A DNA stretch of 64,000 bases from Marsupella aquatica. Its lineage: Eukaryota > Plantae > Marchantiophyta. The notes beneath the pieces are model-generated. The model did no database searches and was not told the DNA's origin. It was given only the letters and a program-made list of their open reading frames with translations. Where the stretch lies: positions 16,315,838 through 16,379,837 of the forward strand of contig OZ316897.1 of NCBI GenBank assembly GCA_973895155.1, written 5' to 3'. The position numbers and the translations under genes were made by a program. Of this stretch, positions 1-12,878 are shown in pieces. How positions within the stretch are numbered: position 1 is the stretch's first letter; each line of letters starts with the position of its first letter.

Positions 1-685
1 TGACTGGCGACGATGGAAGACTATTTCAGCACATCTGCGACAATTTTCTTCTAATGTCATCAGTCCAAGGAGACATTTGGTCAGGAAAGGGATGCCACCT
101 AGCATGCTGTATTCGTCATTTTTCCTGCTGAATATGATCGAAGGGCTCAGCTCCACGTTGTACTACAGCGTCCCTATCGACTTCCATTCTTCACCGTTGT
201 GTATCGCACTTGAATAAATCTGCCTTCATCCTGCTAAGATACCCTCGTAGCTGGGGCATATTGTTATGGATTTTAAGCGTGTAAGTGGAATCTGTTGGCA
301 CTCTTCATCACTCGCTGAGTGATAATGGATTTCATAATTTGGTTTTTCTAGGGTCTCCGAGATAGTTTTCTCTGCTCTCTGCTCTTGTCACAAAAGGTGA
401 ATGCCTTTTCCGTGAAGAAGTGGAAGTGGATCTTCCGTCAATCGCCCTTACAACGACGCTTGAGAATGTCGAAAGGGAATCTGTGACTCTTTCTGAATTG
501 TGCAACAAGTGTGTCAGTCCTCAGGGCCAGCCGTTGAAAGGGTCCTCAGTCCGTCAAGGTTGTTTTTCACGTGGACTCTCTCAGGGGCATGTTGTATTCG
601 TGTCTTCGCTTCAGCTTTCTTTTTGCAATTCCCGTACTATGTGAGAACTGAGTCCTTGTTACTTTTCTTGGAGGTGTGCTGCAGG

Positions 686-3600
686 CTCATCTTCAATCAG
701 CGCCAGGAAGCATTAGCAGGAGGCCTTTGTTTGCCAAAATCCCCCAATTTCCTGAGAATTCAATCGTGGCAACGAAACAACTTAGGTCATCCACAACTAG
801 AAGGCATGTTGTGAGACCAGGTACTGCATTTGGACCAGTAGTAGTTGCAGCGGGAGATGAACAGAGGTCATGGAGTCTCGGTAAATTTGTTCAGACATGG
901 CAGTTCTTCAACGAGCCTTTTAATTTTGGAAAGGTACAGCTATTTCTTGTCTGGATCGTTTATAGTTTCATTCATAGGATGTGGTCTTTTGCATCGTTGG
1001 TTCGTAACGAATACTCATTTCTCTATTTGATTGTGTTATTAGTTTGTTGGAAATATCATCGCAAAGGTCTCAGGCTCAGGCTCAGACGAACTACCATCTG
1101 CTCCAGTGAAGGAAATAGTTCTCGTTGCTGGAGCTACTGGCGGTGTTGGGAAGAGAGTAGTCAATGTACTAGTTGACCAAGGCATCCCTGTTCGCGCCCT
1201 TGTAAGTATCGTTCCTTGAGCTTAAAAATATCTGAAGTTCGTTGAAAAGCTGTTCAGGGCGATTAGTTTGGCTGAGTGTGTATGAAAAGTTTTAAATCTT
1301 CGCAAGGTATTGTAGAAGTATGGGGTCGGTGGGTAACAATTGCTAAACCTGATTTTTGCAGGTCAGGAATTTGAAAAAAGCAAGGTCATTACTCGGTCCT
1401 GTTGTTGATGTGGTAAGCATTTAAGGCTAGTGTTTTACAATTCCCAAAGTTCAGCAACGATTAGATCAACAAATGGATGTTCTCCAAAACAAAGATCTGA
1501 GATTGTTAAACGATGGTTTTTTTGGAGCTAACATCTCTTGAGCTTTGGCAGGTCACTGGTGATATAACCCAGAAGGCCACCTTACGTCCGGAGTATTTCA
1601 AGAATGTTAGGGCAGTTGTCAACTGTGTTGCTGTGACTGTAGGTCCAAAGGAAGGTGACACAGCTGATAGGCAGAAATACTTCCAGGGAATTAAGTTCTT
1701 TGATCCAGAGGTAAAGCTGTTCATATTCATTGAAATAGAAATGATATATTGTAAAGGGTACACCATGTGGGATATTTCCGATCTAAGATTTCTTAGATTT
1801 CTTTGATTCTTTCTCATAAGCATGCCACACTAGTGCGAATCACCAGTTAGACTAGAAGTTTCTTATACATGGCTGCCAAAAAACTTCAACCCTTTTTGGT
1901 CTGGTGTTCAAACGAATAGTATATGGTGAAATTCTTGTCGGAAGTATGTTTGACACCCGTATTTTTCATTCCACCCGGAAGAATTTCTGGGATGTGTGAC
2001 CAAGACTTAAGTGCCCTCTTTTCTGCCATCTTTTTTTTCGACAGTGTGCTTTTGAAAAGGACCTCAGTAACTCATCGTGGTATGGTTCATAGGATTTACG
2101 TCAGCTTTGTTTGTCGGGAATGTAATACAGATAAAAGGAGATTCTCCCGAAGCTGTCGAATTCATGGGTGTTCAAAACCTCATTGAAGCTGTGAAGGGGA
2201 GTACCGGAGTTGAAGGCGGTGTTACACTGTTTACTGTCGGTGGTAACGCTCTATAATCTTGAACGCTACCTTTTACATTCTTTTTAATTACCGAGAATGT
2301 AGCAGTCACTAATAAAACATTATCAAGGAGAAACAGTCAAATGAGAGGGATTACGAACGTGATTTAGATTCGGGGATAGTTGCTACATTGCTGTGCAAAT
2401 TGAAGGATGAGTTTGTAGTCGTGAGTTCAAGACAAAATGCATATGTGCTTTGGATTTTCAACTATGCATGAATCTGAAACAAGTATAGTTGTTGGCTGAA
2501 GAATGTCCAAGAAGAGACAGTTGTTTCTCTTACGTCCAGCTCAATTGCCTCAAGTTAACAGTTACATTGGGTTTTTCTGGTGTACAGGTCGTGGCCCAGT
2601 AGGACCAGCTTGGGGTTCTCTCGATGATAATGTCATGGGAGGTGTGAGCGAAAGCTCGTTGCAGATCAGCTCTACTGGAGGTGAAGATGGTGGTCCTGTT
2701 GGAGTATTTAAAGGTAACCTTTTCCTATTCATATCTGAAATGGTAGATTTTGATACGTTATACGATGGATTGCAATTATTCAATAAGATCATTTATGCTG
2801 AGCTCTGCCTGTATCAAGCTTTCTGATCTTGCCGTATTGTGATGGGAAGCTAAAGCTTTTTGCGCTCTTTACAGGCAACATCTCACTTGCCAATAGTGGT
2901 GGCTTTGCCAGTGTCCGAACGAAAGTAAGTGGACATCTTTCGTTTTTGCATAAGTCCATTTGACTGTTCATGTTGTGGTGCCCGTTCTAAATCAAAGTTC
3001 TCCCTCGAAATCTCTTGTTGATGTAATGAAAGTAAAGGGCTTTTGGATAGGGTTTCCAGGCGATCAGGATTTTGGATATCGGATTGTAGGAGTTTAATTT
3101 TTTCCTCAGATTTGAAATATTCGTGTGATGACTTGTGTCATCAGGTCCTTATAGCACTTAAACTGGAAGTCCACTTTCATGTTTCTAATATTTTAGTGTG
3201 GAGCATGCTTTGAGGCAGTGGAAACTATTTTGCACCAGTGACGTTGTAGACTTTACCCGTACAGGTTCTTTTTTGATAGTTGAGGTGGCTGCAGAATTTC
3301 AGTCCTCCCCAGGCTTTGTCCCCCTATGATGGCTTGGAGTTGCGAATCAAAGGGAATGGCAAACGGTTTAAACTTATCATCCGCACTACAAGTGATTGGG
3401 ACGGTATTGCCTACACAGCATTTTTCGACACTACTAATGAATGGCAAACGGTAGGGTGTTCGCCATACATTTCTTCTCTAGTTCTACGTTTGGAAGGGCT
3501 TTGGATGATCTTTAAACTGGTTGTTTCTTTTTATGCCGTGGGGATTTCTTTTACTTGTAGTTGTTTGTGTGGGGATATTGCTGCTATCAATTTCCAACTG

Positions 3601-5596
3601 TGGTTGTTGTCGACGAGGAAAAAATTCCAAAAGGTGTCAGCAGTTATCAGGTTTGTTTTTGGGTTTTTTGGTTGTTCGGTATTTTCGCTTTTCACGTCAT
3701 CGATGCCTTTGGTCCTGCAAATGGCAACTGTACTCTCAGATTTGTCTACCCTTCTGCGAGTTTGTGCCGCTATTTCGTGCCCGTTCTCTTCAAGATGCTG
3801 CCCCACTGGATACCTCAACTATAACCTCCTTGCAGGTAAGCCAGGGTTACTTGAATCACAGTATATCGTGAAATGGACATTGTGATCTGATGTTAAAGTC
3901 CTGAGGGATTAGGTCACATCGAAATTCTTTGTGTTACTAACTTTTCTTTGGTTATGGCCATCTCATAACGATGTGTCTGTGCAGTTGCTATACAGCAAGT
4001 TTGAGTATGATGGAAAGCTAAATCCTTCATTCGAGCCAGGTCCTTTTGAGTTACCAATCGTCAGCATCAAATCATATTTGAAAAAACCGCTCACACCTCG
4101 GTGAGCTGCGTCGTCTCTTTCACACAGCTGACATCACATTCCTTGTTCCAATCTAAGAAATTCGGCTTACAGTGAGCTGAATACTTACTTTACTGTTGTT
4201 TCTGGGCTTGTATCGTAATAACCCTCGGTATGTTGAATGTCTAAATGTGGATTTTAATAATCCGGTGTTATCTGATGATCTCCTCGTTGGTGCAGATTCA
4301 TACATATAGGTTCGGCAGGTGTCACAAGGCCAGACCGACCAGGCCTGGATCTCAGCAAGCAGCCTCCAGCTGTGAGACTGAATAAAGAGCTGGGCTACAT
4401 CCTTACTTACAAACTAAAGGTGCCTCTTTTTTGCCAGACAGTAACGAAGAAGATACTTTGTCCACGTCTCTGAAATGCAACAAACGAATTCTGCTTTTAT
4501 TGGTCCAATTGTATAAGTGGCAATGAGCTTGGCCAAGCAAGCCTGAGGTTCTAGTTCCATAATGAAACTTCTCATGCCGTGGATCAGTTGCACTTGATTG
4601 TATTTTGTTTTCTGAGGACATGTCCCTGAAAACTAAATTAATGGGACTGGCTTGATACGACATGTAAAGAATTTAGCTCTAAAGATGAGATCTGCATCAG
4701 ATTTTGGACAGGAATTGCACAGCTGAGACATATACTTCCCTGCTGCAAGCATGATTGTTATGGCAGAGAAGGTGTAATTGGTGTCTTAATGGTCCGATGC
4801 AGACCCTGATGCTCAGTGCTGTTTTGTATTGGCAGGGGGAGGATGCAGTCAGGGAGAGTGGAATTCCCTTTACAATTGTTCGCCCAGTTGCGCTCACAGA
4901 AGAACCTGCCGGAGCTGATCTTATCTTTGAGCAGGGAGACAATATCACGGTAATGATAACTGTAAAAATCAATCCAGAACAATGGCATTCGATGCGGGAA
5001 TTACAATCGAGAGTCACACTTGGATTTGATGGATGGCCTGAAACAATAAAACAGTTGTTTAAGGAAGAATTTGGTGTCGGTGCCTGATATTTATACCTCC
5101 GGCCTTGTGAACAGGGAAAGATTGCAAGAGAAGAAGTGGCGCGGATTGTTGTAGCAGCTCTAAAATCCCCTGCTGCAGTGGACACTACATTTGAGGTAAA
5201 GACTGACATGCATAAAAGTGATTTTCCTAGTACTACGAATTGGCGATCAAAATCAACAAGCTCACTCCTACACCATGGGAATTAAATTCTCATGATGGAG
5301 TTCAACAAATTCCTTTGAGTGTCATCTTGATTGGTCCGTCAGAAGCACCGATTCTGTGGATTTCTTTGGGGTAATTTGGTATAGAATAAAAACGTTGGGC
5401 CCTACGTTCTATTCCTTTGCACGGTTTCTGATCCTCGAGATTACTTTTATTGCAGGTGAAAAGTACAGTCCCATTTAGCCAACCATTCACAATTGATCCG
5501 AACAACCCTCCTACACAACGAAATTATGCAAACGAGTTTGGGTCACTGAAACCTGGGATAACTGGTAAGGAGGCACTAGAAGCCGTGTCTGTCTGA
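686..5596 (+). CDS. NAD(P)-binding Rossmann-fold protein with CIA30 domain (At4g18810-like, HCF173 family), about 14 exons; true start exon upstream of 686 not resolved
   Basis: Spliced GT-AG exons give SWSLGKFVQTWQFFN, VLVAGATGGVGKRVV, VGPKEGDTADRQKYFQGIKFFDPE, WGSLDDNVMGGVSES, YDGLELRIKGNGKRFKLIIRT, YSKFEYDGKLNP, GSAGVTRPDRPGLDLSKQPPAVRLNKEL, GEDAVRESGIPFTIVRPVALTEEPAGADLIFEQGDNITGK, ending GITGKEALEAVSV* at 5594-5596. Approximate exons: 686-933, ~1067-1201, 1362-1412, 1552-1710, 2131-2242, 2588-2713, 2875-2924, 3295-3450, 3740-3835, 3985-4100, 4296-4419, 4835-4949, 5115-5195, 5456-5596. Confidence 0.93.
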
Positions 5597-6619
5597 CGTT
5601 GATCTCCATCTGTGGTCCTACAAAACGAAAGGGTGAAGTCGTTTTAGAGAGCTTTGCTTTAAAAAGTAGTTTCTGATTGACAATTGAGATGTCTATCTTG
5701 AAGAAGTGCGTCTGGTTCTGCTCTCAATGTGGAGCTAGGATGGATCTGGAAACGATGCAGGACAGAGTGATCTGCTGACAAATACTTACATAATCGTCAA
5801 TGTACTGTAACGGTCGAACCCCAGCATGGGGACTTGTGTATAATGAGAGAAGAAACTCGTAGGTTTGGCTTGTAAGTGTACTGTTGTCCATAGACCTCTG
5901 TTGTTCGTGAGCGAGTTTACATGTACGGTGGCAAACGTAAAGGAGAGAGGGACAACCTTAGCCGGAACAAGTTTCTTCAGTAGTTGTAAACAGTGATTTT
6001 TCTGGTTTAGTGCTTAAACCCTTCTTGCTCGCTATCTTCCTTACTTGGCGTGGAGAAGTTCGGAAAGTCCTCTTTGTGTAGAACAAACTTTCACTTGCTA
6101 GAAAAGACTTGGTTGAAAAACTAGCAAGAGATGGTTTGGGGAAGTCTTTTGGCTCAAATGAAACAAACGACACGATTTAGCTATGTCGTTCAACCAAACA
6201 CATCGTGTGCCCTTCTGCGAAATGACTACCAGAGCAGCTTGCTAGCTTTTGTTACGACCTTTCAACCGCCTCACAGTCCATTCGAAATCATCGGTGACGT
6301 AGTTCGGAAGAAGACAATCCCTATTCGCGTATTTTGTAAGATTTTATTGTGACCTTTTAATGTTTTGTAGTCCGGTGTACTTGGAAAGAAAGGCAATCCC
6401 TACATGCGTACTTGCGAGATTAGATTTTATCTCGACCTTTGAATGTTCTGTAAATCAGTGTTGACCCGCAACGGAAACCACTATATAGCCTTCCCACGAA
6501 ATGGAACTTTTCTCTGCGACGAACGGTTTCAAATTTTGTGTTCCAGGGTTACGTATCACGCGATATAAATTAAATCTCATCCATAAATCCTGAGGCACAC
6601 AAAACGTAGTGAATATTCA

Positions 6620-6845
6620 AACCCAAAAATTGTCACTGTACAGGTGGTCCAGAGCTTATTACAAAAGTGAATTGAATCAGGCGATCTTGGATCTTCGAGA
6701 ATCAGGGTTTTCCTTGAGGCCCTGTGAAATTTGAGCATATTAAAACCCAAACGATTGTCACTGTACAGGTGGCACAGAGCTTTTCTACAAGAGTGATTTG
6801 AAATCAAGAGATCTTGGAGCTTCGTGAATCAGGGTTTTCCTCGCG
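6620..6845. repeat. Diverged ~125-bp tandem duplication covering the PLMT stop codon and proximal 3' UTR
   Basis: aacccaaa..ttgtcactgtacaggtgg..cagagctt...gaatcagggttttcct occurs at ~6621-6716 and ~6745-6841. Confidence 0.8.
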
Positions 6846-8022
6846 TTCCAAAATCATCATATAGAAGTAGCCCAAAATCCACAAAAGAAGAAATTTACGA
6901 GGTATCCAAGTGCTAACACCGAGTAGGCTTAGAATTGAACCCCAATACTGTGGATCCCTGATGTAGCCAAAGGGAAACTTCTCTACCCAAGGGAGCTGCT
7001 TCCCGAAAATTGCTCCGTAATACACTCCTGCCTCTCCTAACAACTCATACGTTCTGTCCCCACACCAACCATCAATATCACAGTCAGTACCATAAGGGCT
7101 AGTTCATGTGCCCAAAACAAATTCCCCAGTCAGGGTCTCCAGATAGCATGTTAAAACCCTAAACCCAGACCGTCTTGTAAAGAGTATGTCAGAGTTTCAG
7201 GTTTTCGTTTGGGACACAGAATAGCCTTTTCATCTCAAGCAAAATCTCTAACAAGCGAACCAATTACCAAGCTCCCATCAATGAGCCTAAAGATTCGAAG
7301 GAGGGATTACAGTTGTGGACCTCGAGTTCTTAATCAGATCTATACTGCAGGGCATATACGTGCATTGGACTCTGTCCAACCAGATACCGTAACCAATAAA
7401 ATCGTCCTTCAACTCTGTAGGGAAGTATTAGAGTGAGTGTTCATAGATAAAGGACAGGATAATTAACCTGTGTTCATATTGACATTTAAGTACGACAGGT
7501 GGTAGCGTGGGTGCTGGGAGGAATGTTTGAAACAAATTGCGGAAAAGCTTGCTACGTTTCCGTCTCCAACGTAGAAGCAGGGCATGTCAGCCCGGGGAGC
7601 ACAATTGAGTGGAGAGCTGTGGGCGATTCTATCCACAGCCTTGCACGCTAGAGTACATAAATTTGAGTTGGATGTTCACATGGGCACTATTGACACAAAT
7701 TCGAAGCCATTGCAGACATCTAAAGACGAGGCACACGATGAGGCGATACTTACTTGAAATTAAGATACTGTCCGGCAATGAAGAAGACCAGAGCGTACCA
7801 AGGCGGCAGCGAGGAGAGATTAGTGGCTACCGACGCTAGAGCAAGGATCTGAAGCAGTTTGAGAGCATGAGAGATTTGTGCCATTCTGTGCGAGGGATCC
7901 ACATTCTTCCCACAGAATCGAACCCACTCTTGTGGCCGTCTCCACAAGTACGTGTAGAACCCGAATGGCAAGGCAATTGCAAGGGCCACTACTGCTCCAT
8001 GCAAGCTGAGGAGAGCCACCAT
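6804..8022 (-). CDS. PLMT: Phosphatidyl-N-methylethanolamine N-methyltransferase (plant PLMT, PEMT family), 2 exons
   Basis: Exon 1 8022-7754 (ATG...DPSHRMAQISHALKLLQ...GQYLNFK), GT-AG intron 7753-7054, exon 2 7053-6804 (YELLGEAGVYYGAIFGKQLPWVEKFPFGYIRDPQYWGSILSLLG). These motifs are characteristic of plant PLMT. Confidence 0.92.
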
Positions 8023-8519
8023 CTTCGAATTGGATCAATTGAGGAAAGTCAGACCAACGGAGCTCACCAACTGGGTCCCAAGCTACTGGGTCGATCAGGC
8101 TCGAGCGCTCTAATACACCTGGAATGGAGCAGAAATGCTGGGGCTCAATCAGAATGTTATGACCTGTAACAAATTTCGTGAGGAGGACGAAGTGGTCTAA
8201 GACTCGTCTTACAGTCGTGCGGTGGGCTGGCGACGTGTCGCCAATGTGCGGGCTGGATTGCTAAAGCACGGATCATGCAATGAGAGCCATAAATCACTAG
8301 AGTATCTTGCCAAAAACCACTCACTAGTTTGTTTACAGACAACATTTTGGGTGAGCAGTTTGGGTGGGAAAGTAATCTTTGCCTTTGGCTAAAGGCCTGT
8401 TTTTTCCTGGAGGTTGAATCTGCCCCAAAACCCCTCTCTCCCCTTGGCTCCTCCCCTTCCTCCCTCTCATGCACACCCTCCCTTTCTGGTATGCCCTGTC
8501 AATGCAGCCGGAGGAGATA

Positions 8520-8580
8520 AAGGGCGAGGGGGGAGGGAGCGGGAGGGAGGCCAGGCAGGGGGGGGGGGGGGGGGGGCTGG
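8520..8580 (+). repeat. G-rich tract with 19-nt poly-G (G-quadruplex-capable)
   Basis: gggcgaggggggagggagcgggagggagg followed by G19 at 8558-8576. Confidence 0.6.
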
Positions 8581-9648
8581 TGAGGGGCTGTGTTCCATTC
8601 CCTGCTCGGCAATGTCTCAGTCAGGTTGTAAGTACATGTGGCTTGAGTTCTAGCCTGGATTCTCCGGTGAGAGAAATTGACAGTAGATGATTGACAAGAA
8701 CCAATTGTGTTCAGTTCACATTTGTGCTCAGGGCTCTCACTATTTAGAGCCCCCCATCACCTGCAAAGTTGTTAGCCTTAGATTCCCTAAAATGTTACAA
8801 TTTTAAAAACTTTTTGCCCCTGTAAAGTTAAAATATTCTTGAAACATTCTAAAAATCACCCTAAAGTTATTACAAGACTCAAAATTGGATTTAATTGACC
8901 CTAAAGTTCTTCCATAAAAATGTTTAAGTTTTCTCCTAGAATCAATAAATGACCCTATTCTTTGTTGCCCGTGATGTGCCAATTAAGTGGAAGTGAAATC
9001 CCCAAGCATTTGTGTTCACCTTCACTAAAGTTGTGGATACAAGTTGATTTGTTCCAGTGGGAGCTGCTCGCCCAAATACCCAAAAAAAATGTGGAACGCA
9101 AAAGCGCCTTGCATATCACAATTGCTACTGAAAATGAATTGACTTCCAAGTTGCAAACCAATACTCAATCCAAAAGGAGCACAATCTCTACAAGTGTTGA
9201 CAACCATGACTGAGAAATTTACTTACTTCTAGCAATGCCATTCTTCACAATTTGTGCCATTGACTGTAAGATATTCTGGGTGTGATGGGGATGAAAAACA
9301 AACTCAGGGTGCGAGATGAGAAATGTGAAAAAGACATTTTCTGTGAAAGCTAGCTCTGTCTAAGAGGCGCGAGGTGTGCAGCATACACAGTCAATCACAA
9401 AACAGGCTAATGTAGGTGAAATGTTCTCTATAACCAGCCCCACCGGTCAAACAAGAGGTGGAACCGCAAACAATAAGGCGCTGGCTGCCTTCCCATTTGG
9501 CCATATGTTCGAGGGTGATAAAAGATGTCAAGTAAAAGTGATGTTGCAAAGAAGAGTTGTTGTTTTGATAATATTGTTGTTGTGGTTCAATCCTGCCTGT
9601 GGGTCCAAACCCCAAAGGGTTATATATGAGAATTATAAGGAGAAAATG

Positions 9649-9817
9649 TTTTATAATCTACCATTTAGCTACAATCTTCCAGCAACCACAGTACTTACTC
9701 TTGAAAACAAAATTTCCACTCAACTCCATTTCCTTTGCAAGTGATTTGTTGGACAATATTTTATAATCTACCATTTAGCTACAATCTTCCAGCAACCACA
9801 CTACTTACTGTTGAAAA
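9649..9817. repeat. Short direct duplication (~58 bp, ~110-bp spacing)
   Basis: ttttataatctaccatttagctacaatcttccagcaaccaca at ~9649 and ~9759. Confidence 0.75.
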
Positions 9818-12800
9818 AACTTCTTCTTTGATAACATTTTAACTTTGTCAACAACACTTCTTAACAACATGAACATAACTTCTCATTTTTTCACATTTCT
9901 CTCCTCTATGGTGAGAATTTGCTCCATAATTTCATGAAAATGTAACTAAAAATTGGTGAAACGTGGTGGATCCAGGTTTTGACATGGACACTGGCCCTTT
10001 GAAGTGATGGTGTAATTGGGGAGGGTGGGGGAGCACAAGATGGGGCAATGGTAGCTGGGGTGTTGTGGGGTGCAAGAGCAGGTGCGTGACAACTTCCCCC
10101 CTATCCCCTCCTCGCCCTCCAGTTTCTCTCCTCCTCCAATCCTTTCTGTGCGAGGGAAACAAAGGGAGTGGCCAGGCCCAGCTTGTGTGGGGGAAGACTA
10201 TCATGCCCGTTGCGTGTTTCATCAAAAAATATCTGAAGGCGCTAACATCGCAAGACCTTCCCGACGTCAAAAAACACCTTTGCAAAAGGGGCCGATATGT
10301 AGTAGTGCAAGCACCCTAGTGCCCCTTGCATCACCAATGGCCCCTCCCATACGAAGCCGCACTTGCTCTCCAACTCGACCGCTACTCAACGGTCTTCACT
10401 ATCTGCACAAGCAACCAAGCGTCTCGGTAAGTAACCCTTCAGGATCTAGATCTCCCCAAGTCTAGCATCTTAACTCAAGCTCAACAGACATTAGTAAGTA
10501 GGTCAGCGATAGGTCCTCCCGATGTCATAAGCCGGAAGCAGAACCCATGCTCACTGTTCGTCCATAATAGCTCCTTCCTTGGGCGCGGCCCGGGTTCCCC
10601 CTCGTACTTATCCATCACCAACTGACCGCCCTTACCCTATGACATGCTCATGGCCCAAATAGCGTAGCTTGTCCTAAAGCTTGTCCCAAGCTTATTTCAA
10701 CGTGCCGGGACCAGAATGGCCCCGACTCTAGCAACCAACTCCTGGTTCTCGCCCCACTGATAGTCTAGGGGCCAAGTGCCCTTGGAACTCAACCTCCATG
10801 CCTACTTGGCCTTGCCTCCCGAATGCAAGTTCCCTTGAGAGACTGAACGCGGCTTGGCTGCTGTTTCGATAGGATTTGGCAAATGGACGTGATAACATCC
10901 ACAAACCTAGAGAAACTACAGTGCCCCAAGACCCAGATGAGCTCAGGAGGATGTAGTCCTCCTCAAGAGCTTTCCAACGCACCCAAGAAGTCCTCAAACG
11001 GACTATCCGTTGGGAAGTTATTGTCATTTTCGTTTGACATTTTTCTTTAGTGTCGCGACCACCGCGGCTCACGACTTCGGTTCGCCCTTAGCCCCCAGGG
11101 AGACACCACTCCCCTCATATATGCTTCTGGAGACCTGCCACCCAGACCAACTTTGGTCCTCAACGTTTTGGGCCACAACCCGGATCCTATCCCACTTGTT
11201 TGGGCGCGTCACCAACTGACAATGTCCATAACTTTCTAATTAGGCGTTCGCAAGCGGAGTGCCTTAGCCCGTTATGATCGGGCCGACCCAGTGCTCATGC
11301 CTAGGCCCTTAGATCTCATCGCCGTTTGGGACCCCAGATCGGGCCATAACTCGCGCCCCAAGCGTCCGTTGCCCATGGTGTCAACTCCATTGACCTTGGG
11401 CCCAAGAGGAGCTCTCACTCAAGCCCTCAGAACTCAAAGTCCGTCCGGGGGTCTGGATGGTCGACCTTGAGCCCGACCCCTTTCCCCTTGAACCTACCAA
11501 CACTCAGCTAGTCTAGGTCCTTAGTGTGTGTCACCAGTTTGGCGTCTTGCCTTCGCTAGTGCCACGTCTCATTGTCCACAAGTCTCCCCATACTAAGTCT
11601 TCCCCGGATAGCCTATCCAGGCCTGGAGCATAAGGGAGCTCAGCGTCGGAGTCAACGACGCCGGAACTAAGTGTTAAGGTAATCGAGTTCCGCGACTGAT
11701 GATCTAAGGATATAAGGCCACTAAAAAGAATTAAAAACTTGCTTTATACATTGGGGAGTTGCCTACCCGGGAGAGAGGTAACTTGACCAATCCACTCAGT
11801 AATTGTTTCTACTTCCACATGACAACATACAATTGATGGTCACTACATTAAAGTATAGGGAACCCCAGCCTTGAACAACCCTATCTTCAAGGCTACCCTA
11901 GGTGGAGGAGCATCGATCTCGATCAAGCCATGGCTCCCCTTTTTTGAGCCTCATATCAATTGCCTCTGCCAATTTCAATTCTCGTTTTACTATTAGTACT
12001 ATTGTTTGGTGCTCTGACTAGCTTAGTACGTGATACAGATTTTTTGAGTTAGAGTTGCCTCATGTCAATTGCCTCTCCCAATTTCAATTCTCGTTTTCCT
12101 ACTAGTACAATTATTGTTTGGTACCTGATCGAGAGTTAGGTTTTCTTTTGGAATATGCTATTCATAGTGGAAGCCCACATCCTATTGTTGGTGTCTACGT
12201 CAAGATCACATGCATCTGTACAATTCTGCTATCACCATAGATCGAAGTTGTGTGCAAGTACAGGATTGACTTTCTGGCTAGAGCGTTGACTACCCTACGT
12301 AAGTATATATGCCCAATAGTTGGGAATTGAATTTCAAGATACTCTCTTAACTTAGTAACGTATATATAGTGGGCAGGCCAGGGGACCATCAAGGCAGGCA
12401 TGGATTGGCATAGGAAGTCCAAGAGAGGGAAGAAATTGCCACAATTTATTTTTTAGCCGCTAGTGTTTTGACATTCTGACTTAGAGCTTGGACATATGAT
12501 CGAGGACAATCACAACAACCAACAACAATAAGTATTCATACCGAGGGATCCAGAGAAGTTAGTGAACCAGATAGTTAAATACACTGCTTGTTTCTTTACA
12601 GTATATAATGCGATTGGCACTGCAATATTGTACCTACGTTGAAAACAACCCCGGCCTAGTGCCACATGATTCCGCACAGGATGACTGAGTGTGTAGACCA
12701 CTCCTGATCTCTCTCTATATATATCATAACCCCTAAAGATAATTAATATCTTCGAATTCATCCCTGGTATATGCCTTCGGCTCACTCTTTCAAAAAAGTT

Positions 12801-12878
12801 GATGTTTCAGACGAACTGCCACCATCCTCGTGCATGGCTCGTGTAGACTAGGGTTTCATAAATTGCCGGGAACTTCGT

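Noticed and set aside
1-685. Possible first exon of the CIA30 gene or a divergent gene
   Set aside because: No ATG-initiated frame could be spliced convincingly to the exon at 686.
8900-11950. Repeat-like or LTR-like sequence with short ORFs
   Set aside because: No recognisable domain, termini or TSD could be established by eye.
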